From an uncultured Alphaproteobacteria bacterium (GTDB taxonomy: Bacteria > Pseudomonadota > Alphaproteobacteria > RF32 > CAG-239): a stretch of 64,000 bases of DNA. The notes under the pieces were generated by a model that saw only the letters and a program-made list of their open reading frames with translations, had not been told where the DNA came from and did no database searches. The stretch lies in NCBI GenBank assembly GCA_944391335.1, contig CALXTF010000004.1, positions 16,412-80,411 on the forward strand, in the 5' to 3' direction. Shown here piece by piece: positions 42,211 through 51,822 of this stretch (the stretch's first letter is position 1; each line of letters starts with the position of its first letter). A program made the translations under genes and the position numbers.

Positions 42211-42409
42211 ATTGATTAACCTAAAATTTTTTATTATAAATGGCAAAGAAATATAAATTAAACATTTTCATTATAATATTTTATATAAAGTTCAACATGG
42301 TTTTATATAATCATTATATATGAATAAAATCAAATAAATTCTTTGAAAATTTAAATTAGAATACTTATATCTTATTTAAATAAATAATTTAGATAGAAAG
42401 GAGATAAAT

Positions 42410-42940
42410 ATGGCAGATTCAGAAACATATGGAAAACTAAAAACGGCAGCTTTCTGGCATTTGTTTGCCGGAATTATAATGATTATCTTGGGACTTTACA
42501 TTCTTTTTAATCCGATAGCCAGTTTGCTTGGATTAGCTCTTTATGTTGGAATAGCTTTTGTTGTCATAGGGGCGGGTTATCTTCTAGCCTCGTTTTCATT
42601 TCAATCCGGTTGGTATTTATTTGTTGGTCTGTTGGATTTTTTTGTTGGTATTATATTAATATCTAATATAGGTGTAACAGCATCAACATTACCAATTATC
42701 TTTGCCTTGTGGTGTCTAGCTGTTGGCGTTATTCAACTGTCAACCTCATTAAATTTACGGAGAATAGGTTTCCCTTGGGGATGGACTTTAAGCACAGGTA
42801 TTTTAGGCATTGTTTTTGCTTTTTTGATACTCATTTTTCCAATATTAGGTGCTGTGACAATTACGACTATAATGGGACTTTATGTGTCGCTTTATGGAAT
42901 AATTGCTGTTGCCGAATATGTATATTCCCAAAAAAGATAA
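42410..42940 (+). CDS. HdeD-family (DUF308) membrane protein
   Basis: Six hydrophobic helices with repeated G-rich DUF308-type units. Confidence 0.6.
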   Translation: MADSETYGKLKTAAFWHLFAGIIMIILGLYILFNPIASLLGLALYVGIAFVVIGAGYLLASFSFQSGWYLFVGLLDFFVGIILISNIGVTASTLPIIFALWCLAVGVIQLSTSLNLRRIGFPWGWTLSTGILGIVFAFLILIFPILGAVTITTIMGLYVSLYGIIAVAEYVYSQKR

Positions 42941-42964
42941 AAATTGGCTCAATATCTTATAAAA

Positions 42965-42997
42965 ACAAGTGCCGTTTGTTGCGGCACTTGTTTTTTA
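42965..42997 (+). terminator. Rho-independent terminator
   Basis: AAGTGCCG / CGGCACTT stem followed by a T-run. Confidence 0.7.
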
Positions 42998-43019
42998 TAA
43001 TAAAAAACCATGACTTAGA

Positions 43020-43739
43020 TTAGTTTTCCGAAATTTCTTTTAAAATCAGTCCTTCCAATGCAATGACAGCAATAAAGAAAATAAGCCAACTGCTAAAGCC
43101 AAACAAAGAAAGAAAGATAAATACAGTATAAGTAACAATAAAAGAAAACATACTTAAGCGCATTCTTAGATTAAACTCGAATTTTTTCTTTAAAAGCAAA
43201 GATACGGCATATGAACAACCGGCATAGAAAAGAGTCGCAAGAAGATAAAAGATAAATAACCCAATAAATCCAAAAACAAAAAGGAAAGCTATACTCCAAT
43301 TAAGAATAGATGAAAAAAATTCGGTATAGTCATCTTTGGGTAAATAAATGGAATCTTCAAATTTATAGATTTCAATTTGATTGTTAGCAATAGTATAAAG
43401 GGCATTTTTAGTAATAAAAATACCATTTTTGATTTTAGACATATCTAAAGTATCAAGAGCGGTATCCATAATGATATCAATTTGTTGCGGATTGTTGTTT
43501 TCATCGCCGACAAGGATTGTATATGTTTTAATTGTATCAACAGGGTCAGTAATAATACCGTTTTCAATTTTTATGGGTAAAAATTCATCGGCGATTTTTT
43601 GAGCTGTAGGAACAAATGTTTCATCGCCGACTAATTTTAAGTTAATTGTTAAAAATATAGTTATGATAAGAGAAAACAAGAGCAGCCATTTAATTCCAAC
43701 GCCGCGTCCGTTTTTAATGTAATTGAGTAATTTTTCCAT
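43020..43739 (-). CDS. Hypothetical multi-pass membrane protein
   Basis: 239 aa: an N-terminal TM helix, a soluble middle and three or four C-terminal TM helices. Confidence 0.45.
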   Translation of the reverse strand: MEKLLNYIKNGRGVGIKWLLLFSLIITIFLTINLKLVGDETFVPTAQKIADEFLPIKIENGIITDPVDTIKTYTILVGDENNNPQQIDIIMDTALDTLDMSKIKNGIFITKNALYTIANNQIEIYKFEDSIYLPKDDYTEFFSSILNWSIAFLFVFGFIGLFIFYLLATLFYAGCSYAVSLLLKKKFEFNLRMRLSMFSFIVTYTVFIFLSLFGFSSWLIFFIAVIALEGLILKEISEN

Positions 43740-43827
43740 ATTTACCTCGTTATTTGTTTATTGATTTTCTTCTTTTATATAATCATTTAGAATAGAAAGC
43801 AATAAGGGTTATAAAAAACATTAAGGA

Positions 43828-45162
43828 TTAATCAGTATCTTGATTATTTGGTGCAGGTTTTATTTTTGCTTTAACACGTGTAATTCTCATATTGTCAACC
43901 CCGATAATTTCGTATTCGCAATAAACATCTTCGACTTTATCGCCGACTTTAGGAAGACGTCCCAACAATCCAAAGACATATCCGCCCATAGTACTTTCTT
44001 CATGTTCACATTCAGGAAGATTCATGGTTTCAAAAGCGTCTTCGACCAAGACAATACCGTCAAACTCTAATACTTGATCATCAATTTTTTTAATAGGTTC
44101 GACAGTAATATCATCATGTTCATCCATAATATCGCCGACGAGTTCTTCAAGAATATCTTCCATGGAAAGGAGACCGGCCGTACCGCCGTATTCATCGACG
44201 ACAATGGCGAGATGAATATGTCGAGCCATCATTTGGTGCAATATTTCAGAAATTGATTTATTTTCAGGAACGAAAAGGATTTTCCGAGCGATTTTATTTA
44301 AAACATCTTTATCATTTGCATCGCCGTCATATTCAAGAAGGTCACGAATGTGAAGCATACCGGTGATATGATCTTTATCTTTGTCACATAGAGGGAAGCG
44401 AGTATGATTATTATTTTTTACAAAATCCATAGCTTGGGCAAAAGTGTAATCCTGATATAAGCATTTCATATCTTGCCGAGGGATCATAATTTCATGGGCG
44501 TAGATTTCAGAAAAGTCGATAGCGTTTTGAATAATTTCACCTTCGGTATCGTCAATAACGCCGCCTTTTTGGGAAGCATCAATAATAAGTTTAATTTCTT
44601 CTTCGGAATGAGCATCGTCATTTTCATTAGTTTGAGGCACGCGCATTAAATATAAAATGCCAGCCGTAACTTTATCAAATACCCAAATAAAAGGGGCAAA
44701 AATATGTTTAAATATATATAAAGGTTTAGCAATAATTAAAACGAAATTTTCGGTATTTTGGATAGCTAAGGATTTAGGGACAAGTTCACCTAAGACAACA
44801 TGTAGTAAGGTAATAAAGCCAAAAGCCACACCGAAACTGATAGAATGCAATAAAATTTTATTATCGGCGAAGTAGTGTCCGAAGACATCTTCTAGCAGAT
44901 GGGATACTGCAGGTTCTCCAATCCATCCCAGTCCTAGAGAAGCGAGAGTAATTCCGAGTTGGATAGCACTTAAATAAGTATTAAGATTTTCAGTAATTTT
45001 TAGAGCGATATTAGCTTTTTTATTACCGAAATGAGCTAATTCTTCAAGTTTAGTGCGTCGAATTTTAACGATAGCAAACTCGGAAACAACAAAAAAAGCG
45101 TTGGCAAACACCAATAAAAGTACTAGTGCCAAATTAAATACATAAACATATAGGGGACTCAT
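43828..45162 (-). CDS. CNNM/TlyC-family transporter (DUF21 + CBS pair + CorC_HlyC)
   Basis: N-terminal DUF21 membrane domain (FFVVSEFA), a CBS pair and a C-terminal CorC/HlyC domain. Confidence 0.8.
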   Translation of the reverse strand: MSPLYVYVFNLALVLLLVFANAFFVVSEFAIVKIRRTKLEELAHFGNKKANIALKITENLNTYLSAIQLGITLASLGLGWIGEPAVSHLLEDVFGHYFADNKILLHSISFGVAFGFITLLHVVLGELVPKSLAIQNTENFVLIIAKPLYIFKHIFAPFIWVFDKVTAGILYLMRVPQTNENDDAHSEEEIKLIIDASQKGGVIDDTEGEIIQNAIDFSEIYAHEIMIPRQDMKCLYQDYTFAQAMDFVKNNNHTRFPLCDKDKDHITGMLHIRDLLEYDGDANDKDVLNKIARKILFVPENKSISEILHQMMARHIHLAIVVDEYGGTAGLLSMEDILEELVGDIMDEHDDITVEPIKKIDDQVLEFDGIVLVEDAFETMNLPECEHEESTMGGYVFGLLGRLPKVGDKVEDVYCEYEIIGVDNMRITRVKAKIKPAPNNQDTD

Positions 45163-45263
45163 GATGGGTTAATTTTTAAACCTCAAATTGTTTTAACACT
45201 TAGCTATGGTACAAAGAAGAAAAGTATTTGTCAATAGCTTTACTAAAAAAAGATAAGATGTAT

Positions 45264-45806
45264 TTATGGTAAGATTTCTATTTCAGTACCATTTTCAACC
45301 AAGGACCAGATTTCTTCAATTTCAGTGTTAGTTACGGCAATACATCCGGCAGTCCAATCAACAAGAGTATGGGCTGTTCCTAAAAAAGATTTTTTATTAG
45401 GTAGTCCATGTATCATGATATCTCCTCCTGGAGAAACATTTTTAAGTTCGGCTTCTTTTTTATCTTGTTCACTTGGATAAGAAATTCGAAGAGAAAGATG
45501 GAATTTACTTTTTGGATTTCGTCCTGAGATATAATAAATTCCTTCAGGAGTTTTACCATCTCCCTCCTGTTTCTTATCACCATTAGGATTAAATCCGAGA
45601 GCAATTTTATATTTTCGAATAATTTTACCGTTTTTTAAAAGCAGGAGTTTTCTTTCTCCTTTTTTGACCACTATTTTATCTGCTTGATTATAAGGTTCAG
45701 CCATAAGAGGAGTTTTGTTAGTATAAGTATTATGAAGCATAAAAATAGACGCGATTAATATAATAATAAAGAAAGTGATAGTGATAACCTTGAAATAAAT
45801 AGACAT
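45264..45806 (-). CDS. L,D-transpeptidase (YkuD domain)
   Basis: IMIHGLP...TAGCIAVTN catalytic His/Cys block. Start moved to the ATG behind GGAGG. Confidence 0.8.
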   Translation of the reverse strand: MSIYFKVITITFFIIILIASIFMLHNTYTNKTPLMAEPYNQADKIVVKKGERKLLLLKNGKIIRKYKIALGFNPNGDKKQEGDGKTPEGIYYISGRNPKSKFHLSLRISYPSEQDKKEAELKNVSPGGDIMIHGLPNKKSFLGTAHTLVDWTAGCIAVTNTEIEEIWSLVENGTEIEILP

Positions 45807-45879
45807 TATAACCTCCATGGACAGGAGGCAATAAAACAGATTTCAGTATAAGTGTCAAGGTTATTTTATTATGGCATGG

Positions 45880-48204
45880 TTAGGTTGATTGTTGGCAAAT
45901 AAATAATTTTTGAGGAGTTGATATATTAATACCGGCTTCATGGAAACGGATAATAATTTTTTGCCGCAAAGATGAAGATATAGAACCTTTTTTGAAAACA
46001 TCATTTGTATAACAATAAAGGATTAATTCGGGTCCGTTTGTACCAAGGTTTGTAATTTGAACTGTAGGTTTAGGTTCATTAAGTACGTCGGCGTGATTTT
46101 GTGCCAGCTCAAGGAGAATTTTTTCAGCAAGATTAATGTCATTATCATAGTCAATATTGACATTAATACAAATACGTCCGTTTAAACCGGAATAAGTATA
46201 ATTAATTAAGCTTTGAGAAAGGATAGCGGAGTTAGGAACAATAACTGTTGATTTATCCCAAGTTTCTATTTCTGTTGATCGCATATTTATTTTACGCACG
46301 AGGCCATCCCAACCGTCGATTACGACCCAATCACCGATTTTTATAGGTCTTTCCCATAAAATAGTCAAACCAGCGGCAAGATTACTGACCATATTTTGCA
46401 ACCCTAAACCGACTCCAAAAGAAAGAGCCCCTGCGATAATAGTGATACTGCTAAGACTTCCTCCCATGACGGCAATAGCAGCGATAGCAGAGATAATAAA
46501 TCCCAGGAAATTAATAGATGAAATGAGTGAATTTTTAAGTCCTTTATCCATTTCGATTTTACTTAAATTTCCGTTGATAAAGCTATTTTTTAATAAGTTA
46601 AATAAGAATAATAAAAAGAAAAAGAAAATAAGCCCTAATCCGATTGAGCTGATAGAAATATGAATGCCACCGATATTAAATCCGATAAGGAAATTTTTTA
46701 ATCTTGTTAATAGCAAGTCAACAGATACGCCCCAAATAGCCAATAAAAGGAGAGATGAAAGCAGCCATGTAATAGGAGTTAATAATAAACCGAACCAGAA
46801 TTCACATTTTTGCAAAAATTTTTTGTTTAAGCGAAAAGTTTGACGCCATAAACGGATTTGTAAGATCCAATGGATAAAACTACGTAATAAACGATCTAAG
46901 ATATATAAGAGAGAAAGAGCCGTAGAAGAAATAATAAAACGATTTATAATATATTCAGAGAGTCTAATATATCCGAATAAAGAAATACCAAAAGCGATCA
47001 CCATAAAAGCAGTTACGGCAAGACTTATTTTTGCTGATAGACTTAAATTTTCATTGATATTATCCTCATTATCATCGATTAGCAAAGGTTTATCGTTAGG
47101 TATTCTACGAACAATCCAAGATATAAAGAAGGCTTTTACAGCGTTTGCAAAAATAGTTAAAGAATAGATAATAGAATTATTGTCATTAATTTGTTTTGCA
47201 AGTGTTTGGAAAAAAGAGACGCAACAAATAGCGAAAGCGGCGGCAATTAAGGATTGAGAGATGCTTTTAGCTTTTTCGTCGCTAAAGTTGATTATTTTGG
47301 TTTTATTATTGTTTGAAATGAAGATAGAGATAACGATTGCTTTTATAAGATAGTAATATAAGATATATGTGACAGATGTTTGTATTAATATTCCGATTTG
47401 ATGATTATCAACCGGTACATTGTTATTAAACCAAAATAAGAAGCACAGAGACAAAGAGCTTGGAATTAGGAAATTAGCAAAGAATGATAATAAAGAGGAA
47501 AAGATTGCAGTAGGCGGGTTAAATTTAGTTAACAAATAAAATTTAAGTATATATGTACATGCGAGAAGAGAAGAAAGAATTAAGCAAAGATAAAATAAAT
47601 TTTTTAAAACAATTTTTTGAGAATTTTCGGGTAAATTTTGATACCATAATAGAGGTGTTTTAATAAGATTAAAAACAAATTTTGAAAAAGAGGCGAGAGA
47701 TATCCAAAATTCTTTTGGATGGAAAAGGGAGCTTTGTTTTGTTAGAATATTATCCAAGAGTTGTCGGTTACGGATTTTAAGGATTAAAGTATTAATTTCA
47801 TCGATTCTAGTAAAGAGGAAATCGATTTGAGCGATTTGCGCTTTATAATAATCCGCGTCAGAATTTAATTCTTTACGTTTTTTTGCGATATTTTGAGGTT
47901 CACTTTTTCCTTTTTCAGGTTCATCACCGAGAGTTTTAAGTTTTTTCTGATTAGATTTTAGTTCTTCAGTATAGTATTGTCGTGCGATATTTAAGGTTTC
48001 ATTTTTTTGCTCGAGTTCATTTAGAACATTAGAAATAACATCTTTACTTATATTTCCGATTTTAAGTTTTGAAATAGTTTTATCGAAAGCTAAGCCGATT
48101 AGATTAAGGTTAGGCGGAATAAAATCGACAGTATTCTGTTGAGCAGACACATAGTTAATCTGGATTAAAGCAGAGAAGATTAAAGACATTAGAAAGATTT
48201 TCAT
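45880..48204 (-). CDS. Mechanosensitive channel, MscK/KefA-like (MscS family)
   Basis: Signal peptide, a periplasmic coiled coil and many TM helices. C-terminal MscS core PIKIGDWVVIDG..G.V.KINMRSTEIETWD. Confidence 0.8.
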   Translation of the reverse strand: MKIFLMSLIFSALIQINYVSAQQNTVDFIPPNLNLIGLAFDKTISKLKIGNISKDVISNVLNELEQKNETLNIARQYYTEELKSNQKKLKTLGDEPEKGKSEPQNIAKKRKELNSDADYYKAQIAQIDFLFTRIDEINTLILKIRNRQLLDNILTKQSSLFHPKEFWISLASFSKFVFNLIKTPLLWYQNLPENSQKIVLKNLFYLCLILSSLLACTYILKFYLLTKFNPPTAIFSSLLSFFANFLIPSSLSLCFLFWFNNNVPVDNHQIGILIQTSVTYILYYYLIKAIVISIFISNNNKTKIINFSDEKAKSISQSLIAAAFAICCVSFFQTLAKQINDNNSIIYSLTIFANAVKAFFISWIVRRIPNDKPLLIDDNEDNINENLSLSAKISLAVTAFMVIAFGISLFGYIRLSEYIINRFIISSTALSLLYILDRLLRSFIHWILQIRLWRQTFRLNKKFLQKCEFWFGLLLTPITWLLSSLLLLAIWGVSVDLLLTRLKNFLIGFNIGGIHISISSIGLGLIFFFFLLFLFNLLKNSFINGNLSKIEMDKGLKNSLISSINFLGFIISAIAAIAVMGGSLSSITIIAGALSFGVGLGLQNMVSNLAAGLTILWERPIKIGDWVVIDGWDGLVRKINMRSTEIETWDKSTVIVPNSAILSQSLINYTYSGLNGRICINVNIDYDNDINLAEKILLELAQNHADVLNEPKPTVQITNLGTNGPELILYCYTNDVFKKGSISSSLRQKIIIRFHEAGINISTPQKLFICQQST

Positions 48205-48516
48205 ATTTATATCCTTTTTTATAAAAGAATATGGTAATGTAAAGAGAATATACCAATAATTCCAAAGTTATAAATAATCTATTTTTGTAAAGACAAAGAG
48301 TATATATAAGATTAAGAAAGTCAACTTATCTGAGTAAAGAAACGAATGGTTATTTGAGGTTACAATGAAAAGAAAAACAAATATTAGGAGATGGAATTTA
48401 TTAAGGAATGGAAAAAATAAAAAAAAATAAAAAAAAGACTTGCCAAACGGAAAAAAGTATCATAAATATATTTTCAGTTTAAAAATTGAACATAAATTAT
48501 GGTCAAGAATAAAGAA

Positions 48517-48591
48517 TGGGGTGTCGCCAAGAGGTAAGGCAACGGTTTTTGGTATCGTCATTCGTTGGTTCGAATCCAGCCACCCCAGCCA
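48517..48591 (+). tRNA. tRNA-Gln (anticodon UUG), copy 1
   Basis: The 75-nt cloverleaf was folded by hand: acceptor TGGGGTG/CACCCCA, anticodon stem ACGGT/ATCGT, loop TTTTGGT, T-arm GTTGG-TTCGAAT-CCAGC, encoded CCA. It is close to E. coli tRNA-Gln. Confidence 0.9.
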
Positions 48592-48653
48592 GTACATTGT
48601 AAGTATTTGATTTTACAGAATATTTACAAAAATTTATCAAAATTTAGACGTCT

Positions 48654-48699
48654 TGCTAATTGCAGACGTCAATTTTTTTAACCCAAAATTGCTAATGTT
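48654..48699 (+). repeat. Two TGCTAAT boxes upstream of int, shared with the far end of the island
   Basis: TGCTAAT at 48654 and TGCTAATGTT at 48690. The identical 10-mer TGCTAATGTT recurs at 63850. Confidence 0.6.
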
Positions 48700-48737
48700 T
48701 AATGTCAAATTTTAGCCTATTTTATGAGGTGAATTTG

Positions 48738-50510
48738 ATGCTTTTTAAACGTAACTCCATTTATTATGCCGTTATAAATATTCCTAAATCACTGGTTCCT
48801 ATCTACCACCGCAAGCAAATCTGGCAATCATTACATACCAAAGACCGACGAATTGCCTCACTTCGGGTTGAACTTGAAACAATGGCGATACGACAACGAA
48901 TATTAAATGACTTGGAAAACCTTAAACATATCCAAAAAACTACTACCCCAAAAACACCACCTAAACCAGAGCCACCTATTATTTGCCGAGAAGTTGAATA
49001 TACCGAAGAAGAAGCCGAATTACACGCTTATGACTGGTTGACGCAAAAGTCCCATACTGAAAGCAGAAGGTTATTAAATGGCGCAAATCGAATGGAAGAA
49101 CGCAAATATTTTCAAAATCTCCTTTCTGCTTATGAATACAAATATCTCCAACGCAACTACCAAGACATATATGCAGAAACCAATAATTACTTCCAAGAAA
49201 AACAACTTGCGACACCTACCAAAACTTGCGCCGAGATGATATTTAATGCTTTTATGAGGGCAAAAATTCAGCTTTTACGGTATCTGATTGAGTTTTTGAA
49301 TGGCTATTGTGGTGAAATTGATGCCAGCCTTATTGACCGTATGTATTTTAAGCAACTGGATATATCAGCCGAACTCAAACAAAAGAAACAACACAAACCC
49401 GATATGTCTTTGATGCAAGTTGTTAAACATTATAATCAGACTGTATCACGCAACAAAACATCTGACGCAACTAAGGAACGTGTGGCATCAAAAATGGAAT
49501 TGATTGCTGAAATAATCGGGAAAACCAAACCTATGCGACAAATTTCCGCTGATGACTTAAACGACGTGATACAAAATATTCCATATATACCGAAACGTTT
49601 TGGTGAAGGTGTAACCAAAGGAAAAACCATCATCCAAGCAATCAATATGGCAAAACATAACAAAGCCCCTACTCTTTCCGAAAAAACACAAACTGATTAC
49701 ATTCACACATTAAGCTCAATATTTAAATGGGCAAAACAAAAGAAATTTATTGAAGAAAACCCAATGGAAGAAGTGGAAATCCCCTCAATTACCATCAATA
49801 AAAACCAAGACAAATACCTCCCATTTTCGATTAACCAGCTCAATATTATATTTCACTCGACGGTCTATCGTGGATGTTTAAATAATCGTATTGGTCGTTT
49901 CAAAGCTGGTGACAAGATTTATCGTGATGGCTTTTACTGGGTGCCTTTAATCGCCTTATTTTCTGGTATGAGACTTAATGAAATTTGCCAACTCACCACC
50001 GTAGATATTATTACTAAAGATGACGTTGTTTGTTTCAGTATTAACGATAAAAACGGAAAAAAAGTCAAAACCGCCAATGCCATTAGAATTATACCAATAC
50101 ACCCGATGTTAATAAAATGTGGCTTTCTGCAATATGTGGAACAACAAAAAAATAACGTTACCAACAAAACCCTGCGCATATTCCCCGAACTTGTGCCGAA
50201 TTGCCGTGGTGAATTATCAGCCAGCGTATCAAAGTTTTTTAATCGATTATTGGATAAACTTAATGAAACGATTGATAATGATGACGATAAATTTTTGCCT
50301 AAACACGTAGCGCACTCATTCAGACACACTTTTCGCAGTGAACTCCGTAACCATCAAGTTCCGCAGGAAAGAGTTGTTATTTTAGGTGGTTGGGATCAAG
50401 GTTCAAGTTTGGCATCACATTATGGGAGTATATCTGCCAAAGAACTCTATAAAACCGTTTCCGAAAATTTAACCTTTGATGGTTTAGATTTAAGTCATCT
50501 TTATGTATGA
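48738..50510 (+). CDS. int: Tyrosine recombinase / phage-type integrase
   Basis: Catalytic signature SGMRLNE (Arg), HSFRHTFRS (H-x-x-R), LGGW, SHYGS (Tyr). Start set at the ATG behind GAGGTG; the track start at 48702 is possible. Confidence 0.85.
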   Translation: MLFKRNSIYYAVINIPKSLVPIYHRKQIWQSLHTKDRRIASLRVELETMAIRQRILNDLENLKHIQKTTTPKTPPKPEPPIICREVEYTEEEAELHAYDWLTQKSHTESRRLLNGANRMEERKYFQNLLSAYEYKYLQRNYQDIYAETNNYFQEKQLATPTKTCAEMIFNAFMRAKIQLLRYLIEFLNGYCGEIDASLIDRMYFKQLDISAELKQKKQHKPDMSLMQVVKHYNQTVSRNKTSDATKERVASKMELIAEIIGKTKPMRQISADDLNDVIQNIPYIPKRFGEGVTKGKTIIQAINMAKHNKAPTLSEKTQTDYIHTLSSIFKWAKQKKFIEENPMEEVEIPSITINKNQDKYLPFSINQLNIIFHSTVYRGCLNNRIGRFKAGDKIYRDGFYWVPLIALFSGMRLNEICQLTTVDIITKDDVVCFSINDKNGKKVKTANAIRIIPIHPMLIKCGFLQYVEQQKNNVTNKTLRIFPELVPNCRGELSASVSKFFNRLLDKLNETIDNDDDKFLPKHVAHSFRHTFRSELRNHQVPQERVVILGGWDQGSSLASHYGSISAKELYKTVSENLTFDGLDLSHLYV

Positions 50511-50523
50511 TGGAGTAGTTAAG

Positions 50524-51456
50524 ATGCTTGATATAAAAACACCATATTTTAATAGACGTATTCGCCTTTCTAAAAAATCAATAAATGATGCAAAAGAAAA
50601 TATTATATTCCACCTACTCCCTTATATCGTTGCTAGAGAAAGACCTGAAAAACGTGAAGACCTTTCTTATTTTGAAAAAGAAGTAAAACAATGTAAAGCA
50701 ATGATTTCTTTTACTTTGATGGATGGTATTTTATTTAATAATGTTCCGAATACAGAAAAACGTCTTCAATTTAAAATCAAAGCTCTCAAAGGTGGGCAAT
50801 TGAAACAAGATTATTTTGACTTATACAAAATCGAATACAATCACTACATTAATAATAACGGCGACGATACTATTATAAATGGTTTAAGTTATAAAGATAT
50901 ACAAGACCGTATTCGTGAAGATGCTCTTTCTTTAATGATAATGTACTTTTTTGTTTTCAACTTATTACGCCTAGCTCAATATGGCAAAGATGATGACTAT
51001 AGAATAGACAACGCTCGCCGTTTAACGAATAGTATATCTTTTACTATTAATGAAGATGGTAGTCCTATCAAAGTATTTAGCTATGATAAAATTGAAAAAG
51101 CTCGCTCCAGATATATAAAAGCTGCAGCCATTGTCTTTGGTTATATACATACACTATTTAAATATGACAAATTACAATTTACCCACCTTGATTTTAACAA
51201 TGAGGACAATCTCAAGCAAATTAAATCTGCTCTATCTAAATTAGATGATACAGAAATTTATGAAAAATACGACGATATAATGGGCTACATCTTATATGCA
51301 CAAAAGATTCTAACTACAAAGGTATGTAAACACGCTGACAAAAATGAAGATTGGTTCGTTATAAATAAAAGCGATATACGTCGCTATGGGTTTACCGAGT
51401 CGAAGCCGATTCTACCCGATTTTTCCGAATCTGAACGAAAAATCATCAAAAAATAG
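50524..51456 (+). CDS. Hypothetical island protein
   Basis: About 310 aa with no recognisable motif. Start set at the ATG behind GGAG; the track start at 50503 overlaps int. Confidence 0.4.
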   Translation: MLDIKTPYFNRRIRLSKKSINDAKENIIFHLLPYIVARERPEKREDLSYFEKEVKQCKAMISFTLMDGILFNNVPNTEKRLQFKIKALKGGQLKQDYFDLYKIEYNHYINNNGDDTIINGLSYKDIQDRIREDALSLMIMYFFVFNLLRLAQYGKDDDYRIDNARRLTNSISFTINEDGSPIKVFSYDKIEKARSRYIKAAAIVFGYIHTLFKYDKLQFTHLDFNNEDNLKQIKSALSKLDDTEIYEKYDDIMGYILYAQKILTTKVCKHADKNEDWFVINKSDIRRYGFTESKPILPDFSESERKIIKK

Positions 51457-51822
51457 CATTAAATTTCCGATTTTTCACCTCAAAAATTTTTAAAATTTCG
51501 ACCTTTTTTGCCTTTTCAAACTCTTAATAGAATTACTATAATGAGTTATGGATTTTTTTATCAAAATTAACACTATTTTTTTAAATTAAATTTTTGCAAA
51601 CATCTATATTTTACTGCATTATATAAATAACATAAAATAACTTTTCTATAATATGTTAAAATTCAAGAAAAACCGCTGTTTTGTTGTTATTTTCAGCATT
51701 TTATGCTATAGTTAAACTGTTCTTAACGAACAAGTCTCGCACGTATTCTTATTAATAATATAGAGACGTCTGAACAGCTTATTCGTTGAGGTTTGTTTCA
51801 ACTCATAAAATGGAGAATTACC

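Noticed and set aside
48440-48468. TTGCCA-N17-TAAATA upstream of tRNA-Gln copy 1 as a promoter
   Set aside because: It is plausible, but sigma70-like hexamers arise easily in AT-rich DNA. I did not list it as a feature without transcript-start evidence.
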